This document shows positions 19,607 through 29,394 of a stretch of 64,000 nucleotides of DNA, one piece after another. The notes beneath the pieces were generated by a model. That model worked only from the letters and a program-made list of their open reading frames with translations, was not told the origin of the DNA and did no database searches. The stretch's first letter is position 1; each line of letters starts with the position of its first letter. The stretch covers positions 715,304 to 779,303 of the forward strand of contig JAOAHD010000007.1 of assembly GCA_026415395.1 (NCBI GenBank). Direction: 5' to 3'. Both the position numbers and the translations under genes were made by a program. This DNA is from Candidatus Binatia bacterium (GTDB lineage Bacteria > Desulfobacterota > Binatia > HRBIN30).

Positions 19607-20335
19607 TCACTTCGTCGCGAGGCCGCTGATGGTCGCGAGCAAGCGGTCGACGTCGATGCTGGTTTCCGTCACCTGCGCCGCCTCCTGCGGGTCGAGCAAC
19701 GCGTTTTCCGAGTAAGGCACCGCGCCGAGTGGCTCCCCAAGCCACGCCCGCAACGCGTCAACATTGGTTCTTTGAGCCACCTCCGTAACTGGGATGGGGT
19801 GGTTCCAAACGTAGCCGAGCCAACGCGCCCCATGCATGCGAATGTTTTGTACTGTGAGCAACGCGTGATTTAGAGCGCCCAACCGATTGGCCACCACGAC
19901 GAGCGCATGCGCTCCAAGAGCAAGGGCGAGATCGGCAAAGGTCAGTTGCTCGGTGAGCGGTACCAGCCAACCACCTGCGCCTTCGACTAGCGCAAGATCG
20001 TAACTTCCAGCATGCGATGTAATGTGCTGGCAAAGCCAGCGAAAGTCGATCGATCGTCCCTCCCGCTGAGCAGCAATTGCCGGAGCCAGCGGCTCGGCGA
20101 AAACGTAGGGACAGACCTCTTCCAGTGGTTGCACGGCACCGGCAAATCCGCGCAGACGGACGGCATCCGCCGGCACCAGCTTGCCATCGGTGCCCGTGCT
20201 GCAGCCAGTTTCGGCTGGCTTGAACACACCGACCCGCAAACCCCGCGCATGCAGCGCAGCCACCAACCCGCAGCTCACGGTTGTTTTGCCGACGCCGGTG
20301 TCTGTGCCCGTAACAAAGACAATACGTGTGCTCAT
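19607..20335 (-). CDS. bioD: dethiobiotin synthetase
   Basis: The P-loop VFVTGTDTGVGKT is present and the length is about 242 aa. Confidence 0.85.
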   Translation of the reverse strand: MSTRIVFVTGTDTGVGKTTVSCGLVAALHARGLRVGVFKPAETGCSTGTDGKLVPADAVRLRGFAGAVQPLEEVCPYVFAEPLAPAIAAQREGRSIDFRWLCQHITSHAGSYDLALVEGAGGWLVPLTEQLTFADLALALGAHALVVVANRLGALNHALLTVQNIRMHGARWLGYVWNHPIPVTEVAQRTNVDALRAWLGEPLGAVPYSENALLDPQEAAQVTETSIDVDRLLATISGLATK

Positions 20336-20374
20336 GGAGTCTCGCTCGTTAAAACGTAGTAGGGCGAAAACGCC

Positions 20375-21745
20375 TCATGGGCGGCTCTGCTCTGTAACCT
20401 CCTGGATGCTCTCCCGCGCGACTGTGCACAGCTCTGCCAATTGATCGGCGGAGATGCAAAGCGGAGGCATAAGTACGATCACGTTACCAAGCGGGCGCAA
20501 AATAACGCCACGCCGCCGTGCCGCGAGAATCACTCGATGGCCGATGCGCAGCCCTGCGGGATAGGGCGCGCGGGTTTCCCGATCGGCCACGAGTTCAATT
20601 CCGACCATGAGCCCGCACTGCCGGACGTCGCCCACGTGCGGTAGCGGCGCAATCTCTTCGGCGAGGAGCCGTTCCAACTCCGCGGCCCGAGTCCTCACGC
20701 GATCCAGCACGTTTTCTTGCTCGAACACGGCAAGACTCGCGATCCCCACTGCACAGCCAAGTGGATTCCCGGTGTAGGTGTGCCCGTGGAAGAACGCCCG
20801 AAAAGCATCGTATGGCCCCAGAAACGCGGTGAAAATCTCCTCCCGCACGAGCGTGGCCGCGAGCGGCAAGTAGCCGCCCGAAATGCCCTTGCCTAGGCAC
20901 ATCAGGTCAGGCTCGACGGCGGCGTGTTCCACCGCGAACAAGCGCCCGGTGCGTCCGAAGCCCGTGGCCACTTCGTCGCAAATGAGCAGCACGCCATGGT
21001 GCGCGGTTAGCTCGCGGAGCGCGCGCAAATAGGCGGGATCGTGCGTCCACATTCCTGCTGCGCCTTGTACCAGTGGCTCGACGATCAATGCTGCCAGCCG
21101 AGCCCCGTGACGGCGAAACAATGCCTCCGCCTCAGCAATGGCTGCGTCGAGCGCTGCTGCGGCATCGAGCCCCCGCTGCCACCGGAATACATGGGGAGGG
21201 TCCAGCTTGTGGCAGGGGAATAAGAGTGGCTTGTGGAAACGGTGAAACGCCTCGGAGTAGCCGAGGCTCATCGCCCCAATGGTGTCGCCGTGATACGCCT
21301 CGGTAAGCGACACAAAGTCTGTTCGCTGCGGCTCGCCGACCAACTGCCAGTATTGCGCCGCAATTTTCAGCGCTACCTCAACGGCGGTCGCCCCCGAGTC
21401 GGAATAGAAAACCCGCGTGAGCGATGCAGGTGTGCGTTGGACAAGTTCCTTGGCAAGCGCAATAGCGGGCACGTTGCTGAGACCGAGCATGGTCGAGTGG
21501 GCCACCAAGTTGGCCTGCTCCTGCAACGCAGCGTCGAGCACCGGATGCCGGTGCCCGTGCACGTTGCACCAGAGCGAGGCGACGCCGTCGAGATAGCGGT
21601 TGCCGTGCACGTCGAAGAGGTAGGGTCCTTCGCCGCGCTCGATGATGAGCGGCGATTCGTTCAGCCACTCCGCCATTTGGGTGAACGGGTGCCAAAGAAA
21701 ACGGTGGTCCCATTCGGCTAACGTGTCAGGAGCGATCCGGGCCAT
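20375..21745 (-). CDS. bioA: adenosylmethionine-8-amino-7-oxononanoate aminotransferase
   Basis: It is a class-III aminotransferase with ..RGEGPYLFDVHGNRYLDG..WCNVHGH.. . The start is at the ATG of MARIAPD.. (21745); the alternative at 21790 is less likely. Confidence 0.85.
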   Translation of the reverse strand: MARIAPDTLAEWDHRFLWHPFTQMAEWLNESPLIIERGEGPYLFDVHGNRYLDGVASLWCNVHGHRHPVLDAALQEQANLVAHSTMLGLSNVPAIALAKELVQRTPASLTRVFYSDSGATAVEVALKIAAQYWQLVGEPQRTDFVSLTEAYHGDTIGAMSLGYSEAFHRFHKPLLFPCHKLDPPHVFRWQRGLDAAAALDAAIAEAEALFRRHGARLAALIVEPLVQGAAGMWTHDPAYLRALRELTAHHGVLLICDEVATGFGRTGRLFAVEHAAVEPDLMCLGKGISGGYLPLAATLVREEIFTAFLGPYDAFRAFFHGHTYTGNPLGCAVGIASLAVFEQENVLDRVRTRAAELERLLAEEIAPLPHVGDVRQCGLMVGIELVADRETRAPYPAGLRIGHRVILAARRRGVILRPLGNVIVLMPPLCISADQLAELCTVARESIQEVTEQSRP

Positions 21746-22913
21746 TTTGCTCTTCCTCGCTGAAAACCTTGGTGAACGCGCGTGCGGCAAACTCGAGATC
21801 GCGTGGCGAGTGCGTTGCCATCACGGTGATGCGCAGCCGTGATGTGCCCTCGGGTACGGTGGGCGGACGAATTCCTTGCACCCACACACCCTCCTCGAGC
21901 AAGCGCGCAGAGATCCGCATGGTGCGTGCCGGGTCACCGATCAGCACCGGGAGGATATGGCTCGCGTACGGGATGGTAGGGATGCCGGCGGCGCGAAGAG
22001 CACGCTGAAGGGAGGCAGCATTGGCAGAGAGTTGCTGCCGCAAATCGGGCCGGCTGCGCACCAGGCGCACGGCCGCCAGCGCTGCACCGACTACCGGTGG
22101 GGGCAAGGCCGTGGTGTACACCAAAGAGCGTGCGCGGTTGATCAACAGTTGGATCAAAGATCTCGCACCAGCGACATACGCACCGAAACAACCTAAGGCT
22201 TTTCCCAAGGTTCCCATTTGGACCGCAACCCGGCCGTGCAGTCCAAGCTCTTCGACCAGACCCGCGCCGGTGGGACCGAGAACCCCAGTGGCATGCGCTT
22301 CGTCGACCATGACCCACGCTCCAAAGCGCTGGGCCACTTCGCAAATCTCGACCAATGGGGCGCGATCGCCATCCATGCTGAACACCGAATCCGTGACGAT
22401 CAAGCGGTGGCGAGCAGGCGTGTGCGCAAGTTCGTACCCTAATCGGTCGACATCATTGTGCGGGTAGACCACCACGCGTGCACGGGAGAGCCGGCAGCCG
22501 TCGATGATGCTGGCATGATTCAACGCATCGCTGAACACGGCATCGCCCTCGCCAACGAGGGCGGCAATCGTGCCGACGTTGGCGTGGTAGCCGGAATTGA
22601 ACAGCACGGCCGCTTCCGTACCCTTCCAGCGGGCAAGTTCGGATTCGAGTTCCTCGTGTAGCGCGAGCGAGCCGGAGATCAGCCGCGACGCCCCCGCTCC
22701 CACCCCCCAGCGGGCTGCAGCATCGGCGGCCGCAGCCACGAGCTCCGGGTGATTTGCGAGCCCGAGGTAGTTGTTCGAACACATGAGCAAAGTGCGCCGG
22801 CCGGCCAGATCCACCCACGGAGCGACAGCGCTGCCGACGGGCCGCAGCGCGCGCAACAATCCTCGCTCCTGAAATGCTGCTAGGGTCTCGCTCGCGGCTC
22901 GTTCCAAATCCAT
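21726..22913 (-). CDS. bioF: 8-amino-7-oxononanoate synthase
   Basis: It is an alpha-oxoamine synthase with ..CSNNYLGLANHPEL.. and a PLP-lysine region. Confidence 0.8.
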   Translation of the reverse strand: MDLERAASETLAAFQERGLLRALRPVGSAVAPWVDLAGRRTLLMCSNNYLGLANHPELVAAAADAAARWGVGAGASRLISGSLALHEELESELARWKGTEAAVLFNSGYHANVGTIAALVGEGDAVFSDALNHASIIDGCRLSRARVVVYPHNDVDRLGYELAHTPARHRLIVTDSVFSMDGDRAPLVEICEVAQRFGAWVMVDEAHATGVLGPTGAGLVEELGLHGRVAVQMGTLGKALGCFGAYVAGARSLIQLLINRARSLVYTTALPPPVVGAALAAVRLVRSRPDLRQQLSANAASLQRALRAAGIPTIPYASHILPVLIGDPARTMRISARLLEEGVWVQGIRPPTVPEGTSRLRITVMATHSPRDLEFAARAFTKVFSEEEQNGPDRS

Positions 22914-23036
22914 GATCGAACATGTTTGCTAGCGAGAGCCAAAAACAAAGCCAACTCGCTGCGGCATCAACTTGACTTTGTTCCCTGTGAACTCCAAAAG
23001 GCGCCCTTCATTGCATTGGGCGTCCCGCCTCGAGTC

Positions 23037-24407
23037 ATGCGCCGATTTGTTACGATTGTTGTTGTTGGTTTGATCGCCATGGGCGCCGGGCTGGTTTGGA
23101 TGCAGTGGGACCGCGCGCCCACGGTGATCGCCGACGAAACGAGTCCGGTAATCGGTGCTGCCGCTCCTGTTCGCCTGAGTGTGCGGAGCCCGGGACCGGG
23201 ACTGGAGGCCGTGCGGCTCACTGCGCGGCGGGGAGAGCACACTTGGCCACTGTACGAGCGGCTGTTTGTTCGGAGCACGTGGCGCGGAAGCGGAGTCAAC
23301 GAATGCGTGATCGACACGGTACCGAATTGGGCCGGGCTGGGCGTGGGAGACGGCGAGCTGGAAGTGGAGTTGTGGGCTTCCACGTACGGGTGGCACTTGT
23401 GGAGAGCGGAACAGGTACTGGTGTGGCAGCGCAAAATTGTTTTGGACACCACGCCGCCCCGGTTGGAGCTTTTGACCAGCCAGCACAATGTCCGTTTGGG
23501 CGGGGTGGAACTGGCCATTTGGCGCCAGTCGGCGGACGCCGTGCAAAGTGGCGTGGAGGTGGGAGAATATTTCTTCCCTGCAGTCCGTGGCTTCTTTGCT
23601 GACGCACAGTTGACAATGGGACTATTTGCGATTCCGCAGGATCTCGATGGCACTGCGCAACCGCGCGTGGTTGCATGGGATCACGCCGGCAATCGCAGCC
23701 AAGTTGCGATTCCAGTGGTCATTCAGATGCGCCGCTTTGCCGAGAGGATGTTGAACCTAGACGACGACTTCCTTGCCCGTAAGGTTCCGGAAATCGAGGC
23801 CGCCAATCAGTTGCCGGCCACAGGCACGCTGGTCGAGCGCTACCTGCGCATCAACCGTGACCTGCGGCGACAAAACGAAACGACCCTCCGGCAACTTGCA
23901 AGCAAGAGTCAGGCGACGCCCCACTGGTTTGGCACCTTTCACCGGCAATCGAACACTGCGCCGCTGAGTTCCTTTGCCGATCGGCGAACGTACGTGTATC
24001 GGGGTGAGCAGATCGACCGCCAGGTGCATTTGGGGTTCGATCTAGCTTCGATCAAGGCCAGCCCGGTCGAGGCGGCCCAGAAGGGCACCGTGGTGTTTGC
24101 TGGCAACTTGGGAATTTACGGCAACACGGTCGTCGTCGATCATGGGCTCGGCGTTTTTACGTTGTACGGGCACTTGCGAGCCATCGATGTGAAGCCAGGG
24201 GATTTGGTGGAACGGGGCCATCAGCTTGGCCTCACGGGAGAGACCGGCCTCGCCGCGGGCGATCACTTGCACTTTTCCGTGATGCTGTGGGGCGTGCATG
24301 TCGATCCCGTCGAGTGGTGGGACGGGAGTTGGATTCGCAAGCATCTGCTGGCAAAAATCGAAGCGTTTCCTCGCGCCTCTGTGAGTGAAGGGCAAGGGAG
24401 TCCATGA
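23037..24407 (+). CDS. M23 family metallopeptidase (EnvC/NlpD-like) with N-terminal signal anchor
   Basis: The C-terminal M23 motifs HLGFD (HxxxD) and HLHFSV (HxH) are present. The N-terminus MRRFVTIVVVGLIAMGAG is hydrophobic. An alternative TTG start lies at 22926. Confidence 0.75.
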   Translation: MRRFVTIVVVGLIAMGAGLVWMQWDRAPTVIADETSPVIGAAAPVRLSVRSPGPGLEAVRLTARRGEHTWPLYERLFVRSTWRGSGVNECVIDTVPNWAGLGVGDGELEVELWASTYGWHLWRAEQVLVWQRKIVLDTTPPRLELLTSQHNVRLGGVELAIWRQSADAVQSGVEVGEYFFPAVRGFFADAQLTMGLFAIPQDLDGTAQPRVVAWDHAGNRSQVAIPVVIQMRRFAERMLNLDDDFLARKVPEIEAANQLPATGTLVERYLRINRDLRRQNETTLRQLASKSQATPHWFGTFHRQSNTAPLSSFADRRTYVYRGEQIDRQVHLGFDLASIKASPVEAAQKGTVVFAGNLGIYGNTVVVDHGLGVFTLYGHLRAIDVKPGDLVERGHQLGLTGETGLAAGDHLHFSVMLWGVHVDPVEWWDGSWIRKHLLAKIEAFPRASVSEGQGSP

Positions 24408-25615
24408 GCAAGCAAGCACATGAACGGGTGTTGGAAAAAGGAGAAGGGCTGTTGCGCTCGTGGGGGTTACACCCATCCTCGCCGTTGAGCGACTTGGCCG
24501 CGAGAATGGGGCGTGATGCAGCCGCGGATGCGGCTCTTGCGCATTGGCTCGGAAGCCGCCCGGAGGCTGAAGCGGTGGCGCTCCTAGAAAAGCTCGCTGC
24601 GGCCGAGGATAAAACGGTACGTCGCGAAGCGCGCCGTGCTTTGTACCGGCTCGAGCAACGTGGCCTGGTTTCGCGAGCTGCGCCCCAGGAGGTTGTGGCG
24701 CGGCCGTTTCTGGAGGCAGAACCAGCGGTAACCGAGGCATATTTCTCCCAATATTTCAGCACGGGTGAACGTGAACTGTTCTTTGTGCGCAAGGGATCGG
24801 CGCGTTTGCTCGTCTTATTTGCCATAACGCGCGACTACGATCACTCCTTGCGGGAGCTCAGGCGGGTTGAGCTATCCAGAAAACAGTGGCGAGCGTCTCT
24901 CGAAGACAGCGCCCGCGGCGGTTACCCGCTCGCGAAAGGAGATGCTGCCCACTGCGACGCCCTGCTGTGGCGCGCGTATGAGAACGTGTCTTCTGTAGGG
25001 CAGCCAATCAGCGTGGACTATGCCGCCGTTCGCAGCGAATTCTTTCAGGGCCCGCCCCTCGCGACCGCTTCCCACCCTCTCACCCAGATTTATCCAGAGG
25101 CAGAACTCGCAGAGGTCCCGATCGCCGCGAGGCAAATCGGTGAGAGACTCTTGAACGAGAAGGCCGTTCTCTCGCTTGCCGCTGGCCTGCTGGACCGGTT
25201 GAGGGAGTTCGTCGAGCGTATTCGCGAGGTGCAGGCAAGCCCACTGGTGTTAACCGACGTTCAAAAGCAGGAACGGCAAGCGCAAATCGTTGCGCAGGCC
25301 ATCGACACCGTTTTTGCGCCTGCGGAGCGCCCGTCGTGGGTCCATCGTCTACGAGAAGTGGGCTACTACGTGCACCTCATGGGCAAGAGCTCCGTTGCCC
25401 GTGAGCTTGCGGCGACGGCCTTTGCGTTGGAGAAGCCAGGGATCGATCCAAAACAGGTAGCGTTTTGTCGGGCGGCAGTAGAAACCTTGATTTTTATTGA
25501 GCTTTATGAGCGCGAGCTCGCGGAAGCGGAGAGGGCGAAGGAGTCCCTAATCGTCACGCCCGACCGGCTCGTGCGCGCTGCTCGCGCTGCTAAGGAACGC
25601 ACCCCACGTCGTTGA
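24404..25615 (+). CDS. hypothetical protein (403 aa), translationally coupled to the M23 peptidase
   Basis: ATGA start/stop overlap with the peptidase, preceded by a strong RBS AAGGGAG. I recognise no family. Confidence 0.55.
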   Translation: MSKQAHERVLEKGEGLLRSWGLHPSSPLSDLAARMGRDAAADAALAHWLGSRPEAEAVALLEKLAAAEDKTVRREARRALYRLEQRGLVSRAAPQEVVARPFLEAEPAVTEAYFSQYFSTGERELFFVRKGSARLLVLFAITRDYDHSLRELRRVELSRKQWRASLEDSARGGYPLAKGDAAHCDALLWRAYENVSSVGQPISVDYAAVRSEFFQGPPLATASHPLTQIYPEAELAEVPIAARQIGERLLNEKAVLSLAAGLLDRLREFVERIREVQASPLVLTDVQKQERQAQIVAQAIDTVFAPAERPSWVHRLREVGYYVHLMGKSSVARELAATAFALEKPGIDPKQVAFCRAAVETLIFIELYERELAEAERAKESLIVTPDRLVRAARAAKERTPRR

Positions 25616-25748
25616 ACGACGGAATGCTGATACCGTCAGTTGGCGACGGATCCGCCCTCGTCGACCGCAAGCAGAAAAATTTGCTTTGACTAGGTGGCGG
25701 CTGGTGGCTTAAGCTTCGCGGCAGTCTTCCGAACTGGGGGTCGGTCGG

Positions 25749-26897
25749 TTGCGAGCGAGGAGCCGTGCAAAGGGAACTGGCCGGGCTAAGCCCAAGCAGC
25801 GCCAGTGGAAAACCTGGTTCGAGTGGTTGCCGATTCCGGCTTGGGTTGAGTCCCAGAGCAAATTGCTGCACGCGAATCAGGCGGCGATCGCCGCATTTGG
25901 AGCGCGCTCCCTCGAGGAGTTGCAACAGGCTTGGAGACGGGTTCACCCTTGCCTTGACCGCAAGTTGCCACTGCGAGGGGACGCGATGGGGACCTCGGCG
26001 GAGGGACCCTTGGAAGTGGAAGCGCGGCATGTAGACGGGCGGCCCCTGTTCTTGGTCATGTTCGCCTCCCTCCTGCCGGCTCGACCACGAGCCATTCTGG
26101 TTGTGGCATGCGCTCGGCAACTCTCGGAAAAGGTCACCCTGGAATTACAGAAGGAGCGGGCCGCCCGAGAAAAGGCCGAGTCGGAGCTTCGGGATCAAAG
26201 CCTCTGGTCCGCACTGGGTACGTTGGTGGGGCGGGTGGCTCATGACATTCGCAACCCCCTGTTTGGAATGCTGGCCACGATCGATGCCCTGGAAGCCAAG
26301 ATTGGCGCGCCTGATGTGCAAGAGTATTTCAACGTCTTGCGGAGCGAGGGGCACCGCTTGAACCGGTTGCTAGAGGAGCTGCTCGCGTTCGGACGCGGGG
26401 GGAGGGCCCGGCGCCGCGAGATTGTGGAGCTCGGCGGCGTCGTTGGGGAGGCGATGCGGCAGTGTGAGCAACTGGCCAAGGAACGAGGTGTTACCTTAAA
26501 AATCGTGCACCGTGCCGCGAGCGCCCGCGTGAATGCGGATGAGGAACATTTGGTGCAGGCGGTGCAGAACATCGTGCAAAACGCCGTCCAGCATTCGCGT
26601 CCAGGGAGCGAAGTGGCGGCATTTACGTCGGTGTTGAAGCGAAAAGGCGGAGGCATGGCGGTGTGCGAGGTGTGGGACGCCGGCCCAGGTTTTCGCCCCG
26701 AGGACCTCCCGCACGTGTTCGAACCGTTCTTTTCGCGGCGCTCTGGGGGTACCGGTCTTGGCCTGGCCATCGCTGCGCGGATCGTGAGCGATCACGGGGG
26801 AACCATCCGCGTGGGCAACCGCCCGCGTGGCGGGGCGTGGGTGCGCATAGAAATTCCGGTGGCGCGAGAAAGAAGAAGCTCAGGCCCAAGCGAATGA
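25749..26897 (+). CDS. cytoplasmic sensor histidine kinase (PAS-like N-terminus, HisKA, HATPase_c)
   Basis: The H-box is ..VAHDIRNPLFGMLATIDAL.. and the G-boxes are ..GPGFRPEDLPHVFEPFFS..GTGLGLAIA.. . The start is uncertain (TTG 25749; first ATG about 240 nt downstream). Confidence 0.75.
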   Translation: MRARSRAKGTGRAKPKQRQWKTWFEWLPIPAWVESQSKLLHANQAAIAAFGARSLEELQQAWRRVHPCLDRKLPLRGDAMGTSAEGPLEVEARHVDGRPLFLVMFASLLPARPRAILVVACARQLSEKVTLELQKERAAREKAESELRDQSLWSALGTLVGRVAHDIRNPLFGMLATIDALEAKIGAPDVQEYFNVLRSEGHRLNRLLEELLAFGRGGRARRREIVELGGVVGEAMRQCEQLAKERGVTLKIVHRAASARVNADEEHLVQAVQNIVQNAVQHSRPGSEVAAFTSVLKRKGGGMAVCEVWDAGPGFRPEDLPHVFEPFFSRRSGGTGLGLAIAARIVSDHGGTIRVGNRPRGGAWVRIEIPVARERRSSGPSE

Positions 26898-28276
26898 GTT
26901 TGCGGGTGCTCGTTGCTGACGACGAAGATACAGTGCTGTTTGCCTTGCGAGAATATTTAGGATCGCGAGGCTGGCAGGTCACAGAGGCACGGAGCGCGGC
27001 AGAACTCTGGCGGGCAATCGAACAGGGACTGCCAGATGTCGTCCTGCTCGATTACCAGCTCCCGGATGCTACTGCGCTCGACATTCTTGCGGCGCTACGG
27101 GAAAGAATCCCGACGGTACCGGTGATCATCCTCACCGGATTTGGTTCGATCGAACTTGCGGTTAAGGCCATGCAATTGGGGGCAAAACAGTTTCTGACCA
27201 AGCCGCTCGATTTGCCGACCTTGGCTACGCTCATTGAGCGGGTGGATAGCGAGCGGCGAGCGGAGGCGTTGTATCTTGTTAGCCGCGAGTCGCAGGTGCG
27301 CCGCGAGGCCAATCCGTTTGTCGGGACCAGCCAGGCCATCCGTCGTGTGGAACAGTTGGCAAAGAAAATTGCTCGGTCCGATGCGGCGGTGTTACTCACT
27401 GGCGAGACGGGTACGGGCAAAGGCGTGCTTGCGCGTTGGCTACATGCTCAAGGCCCGCGCCGAGGGAACCCATTTGTCGACATTAACTGCGCTGGACTGG
27501 GTGGCGAGTTGCTCCACGCTGAACTGTTTGGGTACGAAAAGGGTGCCTTCACAGGGGCGGTGGAACGTAAGCTTGGCCTGGTGGAGCTTGCCCACCGTGG
27601 CACACTGTTTCTCGACGAGATTGGCGACATGGACCTGGCCGTGCAGGCGAAATTGCTCAAGGTGCTGGAAGAGCGTCGCTTTCGGCGCTTGGGCGCCGTT
27701 GCCGATGTCCAAGTCGACATTCGCTTGATCAGTGCCACGCACCATGACCTGACACAGGCCGTGGTGCGTGGCAGTTTTCGCTCGGACCTATACTACCGCA
27801 TCGCCGTGGTCACACTCGAGCTGCCGCCCCTCCGCGAGCGCAAGGAAGACGTTCCTTTGTTGGCCGAGGAAATGCTTCGGCAGTTCGCGCCAGCAGGAAG
27901 GGATGGTCCTTGGAGACTTTCGCCGGAAGCGATTCAGGCTCTGGTGAGGTATTCCTGGCCGGGAAATATTCGGGAGCTGCGAAACGTGCTCGAACGAGCG
28001 ACGTTACTCGCCAATGGGCCCACCATTGGCGCGGAACACTTAGCCGTTGGGGTGGCTGGCTTCGTGGCCGCCCCGAACGTAATGGCTGTAGAGGAGAACG
28101 CGGACCTGCCATTGGCCGAAGTGGAAAAGCGCCACATTCTGCGGGTCTTCGATGCAGTGGGGGGGGATGTGGCCCGAGCTGCCGAGCGCTTAGGGGTGCC
28201 GCGCAGCACGCTGTATCAGCGGTTGCAAAGCTACGGAGTGCAGCCGCGGCGTCCGCGCAAGGCCCGGCGTTCCTAA
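26894..28276 (+). CDS. sigma-54-dependent NtrC-family response regulator (REC + AAA+ sigma54 activator + Fis HTH)
   Basis: The receiver is VLVADDEDTV...VVLLDYQLPD. Walker A is GETGTGKGVLARWLH. The GAFTGA loop reads ELFGYEKGAFTGAV. A C-terminal HTH is present. The ATGA overlaps the HK stop. Confidence 0.85.
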   Translation: MSLRVLVADDEDTVLFALREYLGSRGWQVTEARSAAELWRAIEQGLPDVVLLDYQLPDATALDILAALRERIPTVPVIILTGFGSIELAVKAMQLGAKQFLTKPLDLPTLATLIERVDSERRAEALYLVSRESQVRREANPFVGTSQAIRRVEQLAKKIARSDAAVLLTGETGTGKGVLARWLHAQGPRRGNPFVDINCAGLGGELLHAELFGYEKGAFTGAVERKLGLVELAHRGTLFLDEIGDMDLAVQAKLLKVLEERRFRRLGAVADVQVDIRLISATHHDLTQAVVRGSFRSDLYYRIAVVTLELPPLRERKEDVPLLAEEMLRQFAPAGRDGPWRLSPEAIQALVRYSWPGNIRELRNVLERATLLANGPTIGAEHLAVGVAGFVAAPNVMAVEENADLPLAEVEKRHILRVFDAVGGDVARAAERLGVPRSTLYQRLQSYGVQPRRPRKARRS

Positions 28277-28515
28277 CCGCAATCCTGCCGCGGCTGCGGC
28301 GGGGCTGGAACTGGGCAACGGGGAATCGGAGGGTCGCAGCCATGTTCCGGTATCGCCCGCTGCTACGGCACCTCCCTGCCGGTCTCTCCCAGATTCCAGA
28401 TTCCAGAAGTGAGAAGCGTTCGCGCAAATCGCCGCCAGAAGACGCGGGCCCGCAGCGCACGGGCTGGTTGGCATGTTGGTCGCTCTTGTCGGTGGACAGA
28501 GGTCCAAGTTTCACC

Positions 28516-28977
28516 ATGAAAGATATTTGGGACGAAAGAACAAGGATTCTGGTCATTGCGCCACGGTGCTCGGCTACGCAGGCAATTGTTCGGCGCTTGC
28601 GTAGCGAGGGATTTGTGGTGGATGTCGCACCAACCCCGCAACAGGCGTTCGCCCGGGTTGATCTGGTCCGGTACGATATCGTCGTTGGCCACCAGCGCAT
28701 CGACCGGAGCCGACGCGAAATGCTGGCAGAGCTGGCCCGCTTCGTTCGCCGTCGCCGCCCACAAGCAGGCTTGATCGAGATCTCCGGCTGCACAAGCGGG
28801 CCGGGCGACGAGTGTTGCGAGGCGGCACCGTTTCGCGCGCGCTCTCTGGCTTGCCGCGGAGCCAACTCCTTGTTGGTTCAGTCCGTGCTGGAACTCATCC
28901 AGCGTGCGGTGTCAGCAGCGGGATGTTCGTCGCCGCATGAGCCTTGTTCAGATGAGTTCAAGGCGGCGAATTCATGA
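28516..28977 (+). CDS. degenerate (pseudo-)receiver domain protein
   Basis: It has a CheY-like fold pattern, but the acidic pocket is replaced (ILVIAPRCS in place of ILVVDDD) and the phospho-acceptor Asp position is YDIVVGHQ, with G where LLD has D. The ATG is at 28516; the upstream part of ORF 27910.. overlaps the sigma54 regulator and is rejected. Confidence 0.5.
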   Translation: MKDIWDERTRILVIAPRCSATQAIVRRLRSEGFVVDVAPTPQQAFARVDLVRYDIVVGHQRIDRSRREMLAELARFVRRRRPQAGLIEISGCTSGPGDECCEAAPFRARSLACRGANSLLVQSVLELIQRAVSAAGCSSPHEPCSDEFKAANS

Positions 28978-29363
28978 GCCGCCTGCTGGTGGTTGAAGAC
29001 TCGGACGCGCTTCGCTTTGCGATGCGAGAGTTCTTTCAGAACCGTGGCTATACGGTCGACGAAGCGAGCAGCTTGGCGGAGGCGCTGCGGCATATCGCTC
29101 GGAGGTCTTATGCAGCGGTTCTGTTGGATTGGTCGCTAACGCCGGACGGAGCGGAGGGGGCGGAGGTTCTCCGTTATCTCCGCGGCGGCAAGGTGCGGAA
29201 GCCGCCACTTGCCGTGGTGGTGACGGCCCTGCGGGATGCCGAAGTGGAGCGAATGGCACGATCACTTGGCGCGCAGCATGTTCTGTGGAAGCCGGTCGAC
29301 CTCAGCCAGCTCGCAGCCCTGTTGCCCCCGCCAAGGCCGACGTCTGCCAAGCCAAAGAAGTGA
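28974..29363 (+). CDS. single-domain response regulator (CheY-like receiver)
   Basis: It has LLVVEDSD, the phospho-Asp context AVLLDWSL, T in VVVTAL and K in LWKP. ATGA overlaps the previous gene. Confidence 0.75.
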   Translation: MSRLLVVEDSDALRFAMREFFQNRGYTVDEASSLAEALRHIARRSYAAVLLDWSLTPDGAEGAEVLRYLRGGKVRKPPLAVVVTALRDAEVERMARSLGAQHVLWKPVDLSQLAALLPPPRPTSAKPKK

Positions 29364-29394
29364 TTGAAATCAGCGCGGAACGAAGCAGAGGAAA

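Noticed and set aside
26663-26893. N-terminal 77 codons of ORF 26663..28276
   Set aside because: They overlap the histidine kinase 3' end in another frame. The regulator clearly begins at ATG 26894 (MSLRVLVADDED), overlapping the HK stop as ATGA.
27910-28515. Upstream part of ORF 27910..28977
   Set aside because: It lies inside the sigma54 regulator in a different frame. Only the segment from ATG 28516 (receiver-like) is credible.
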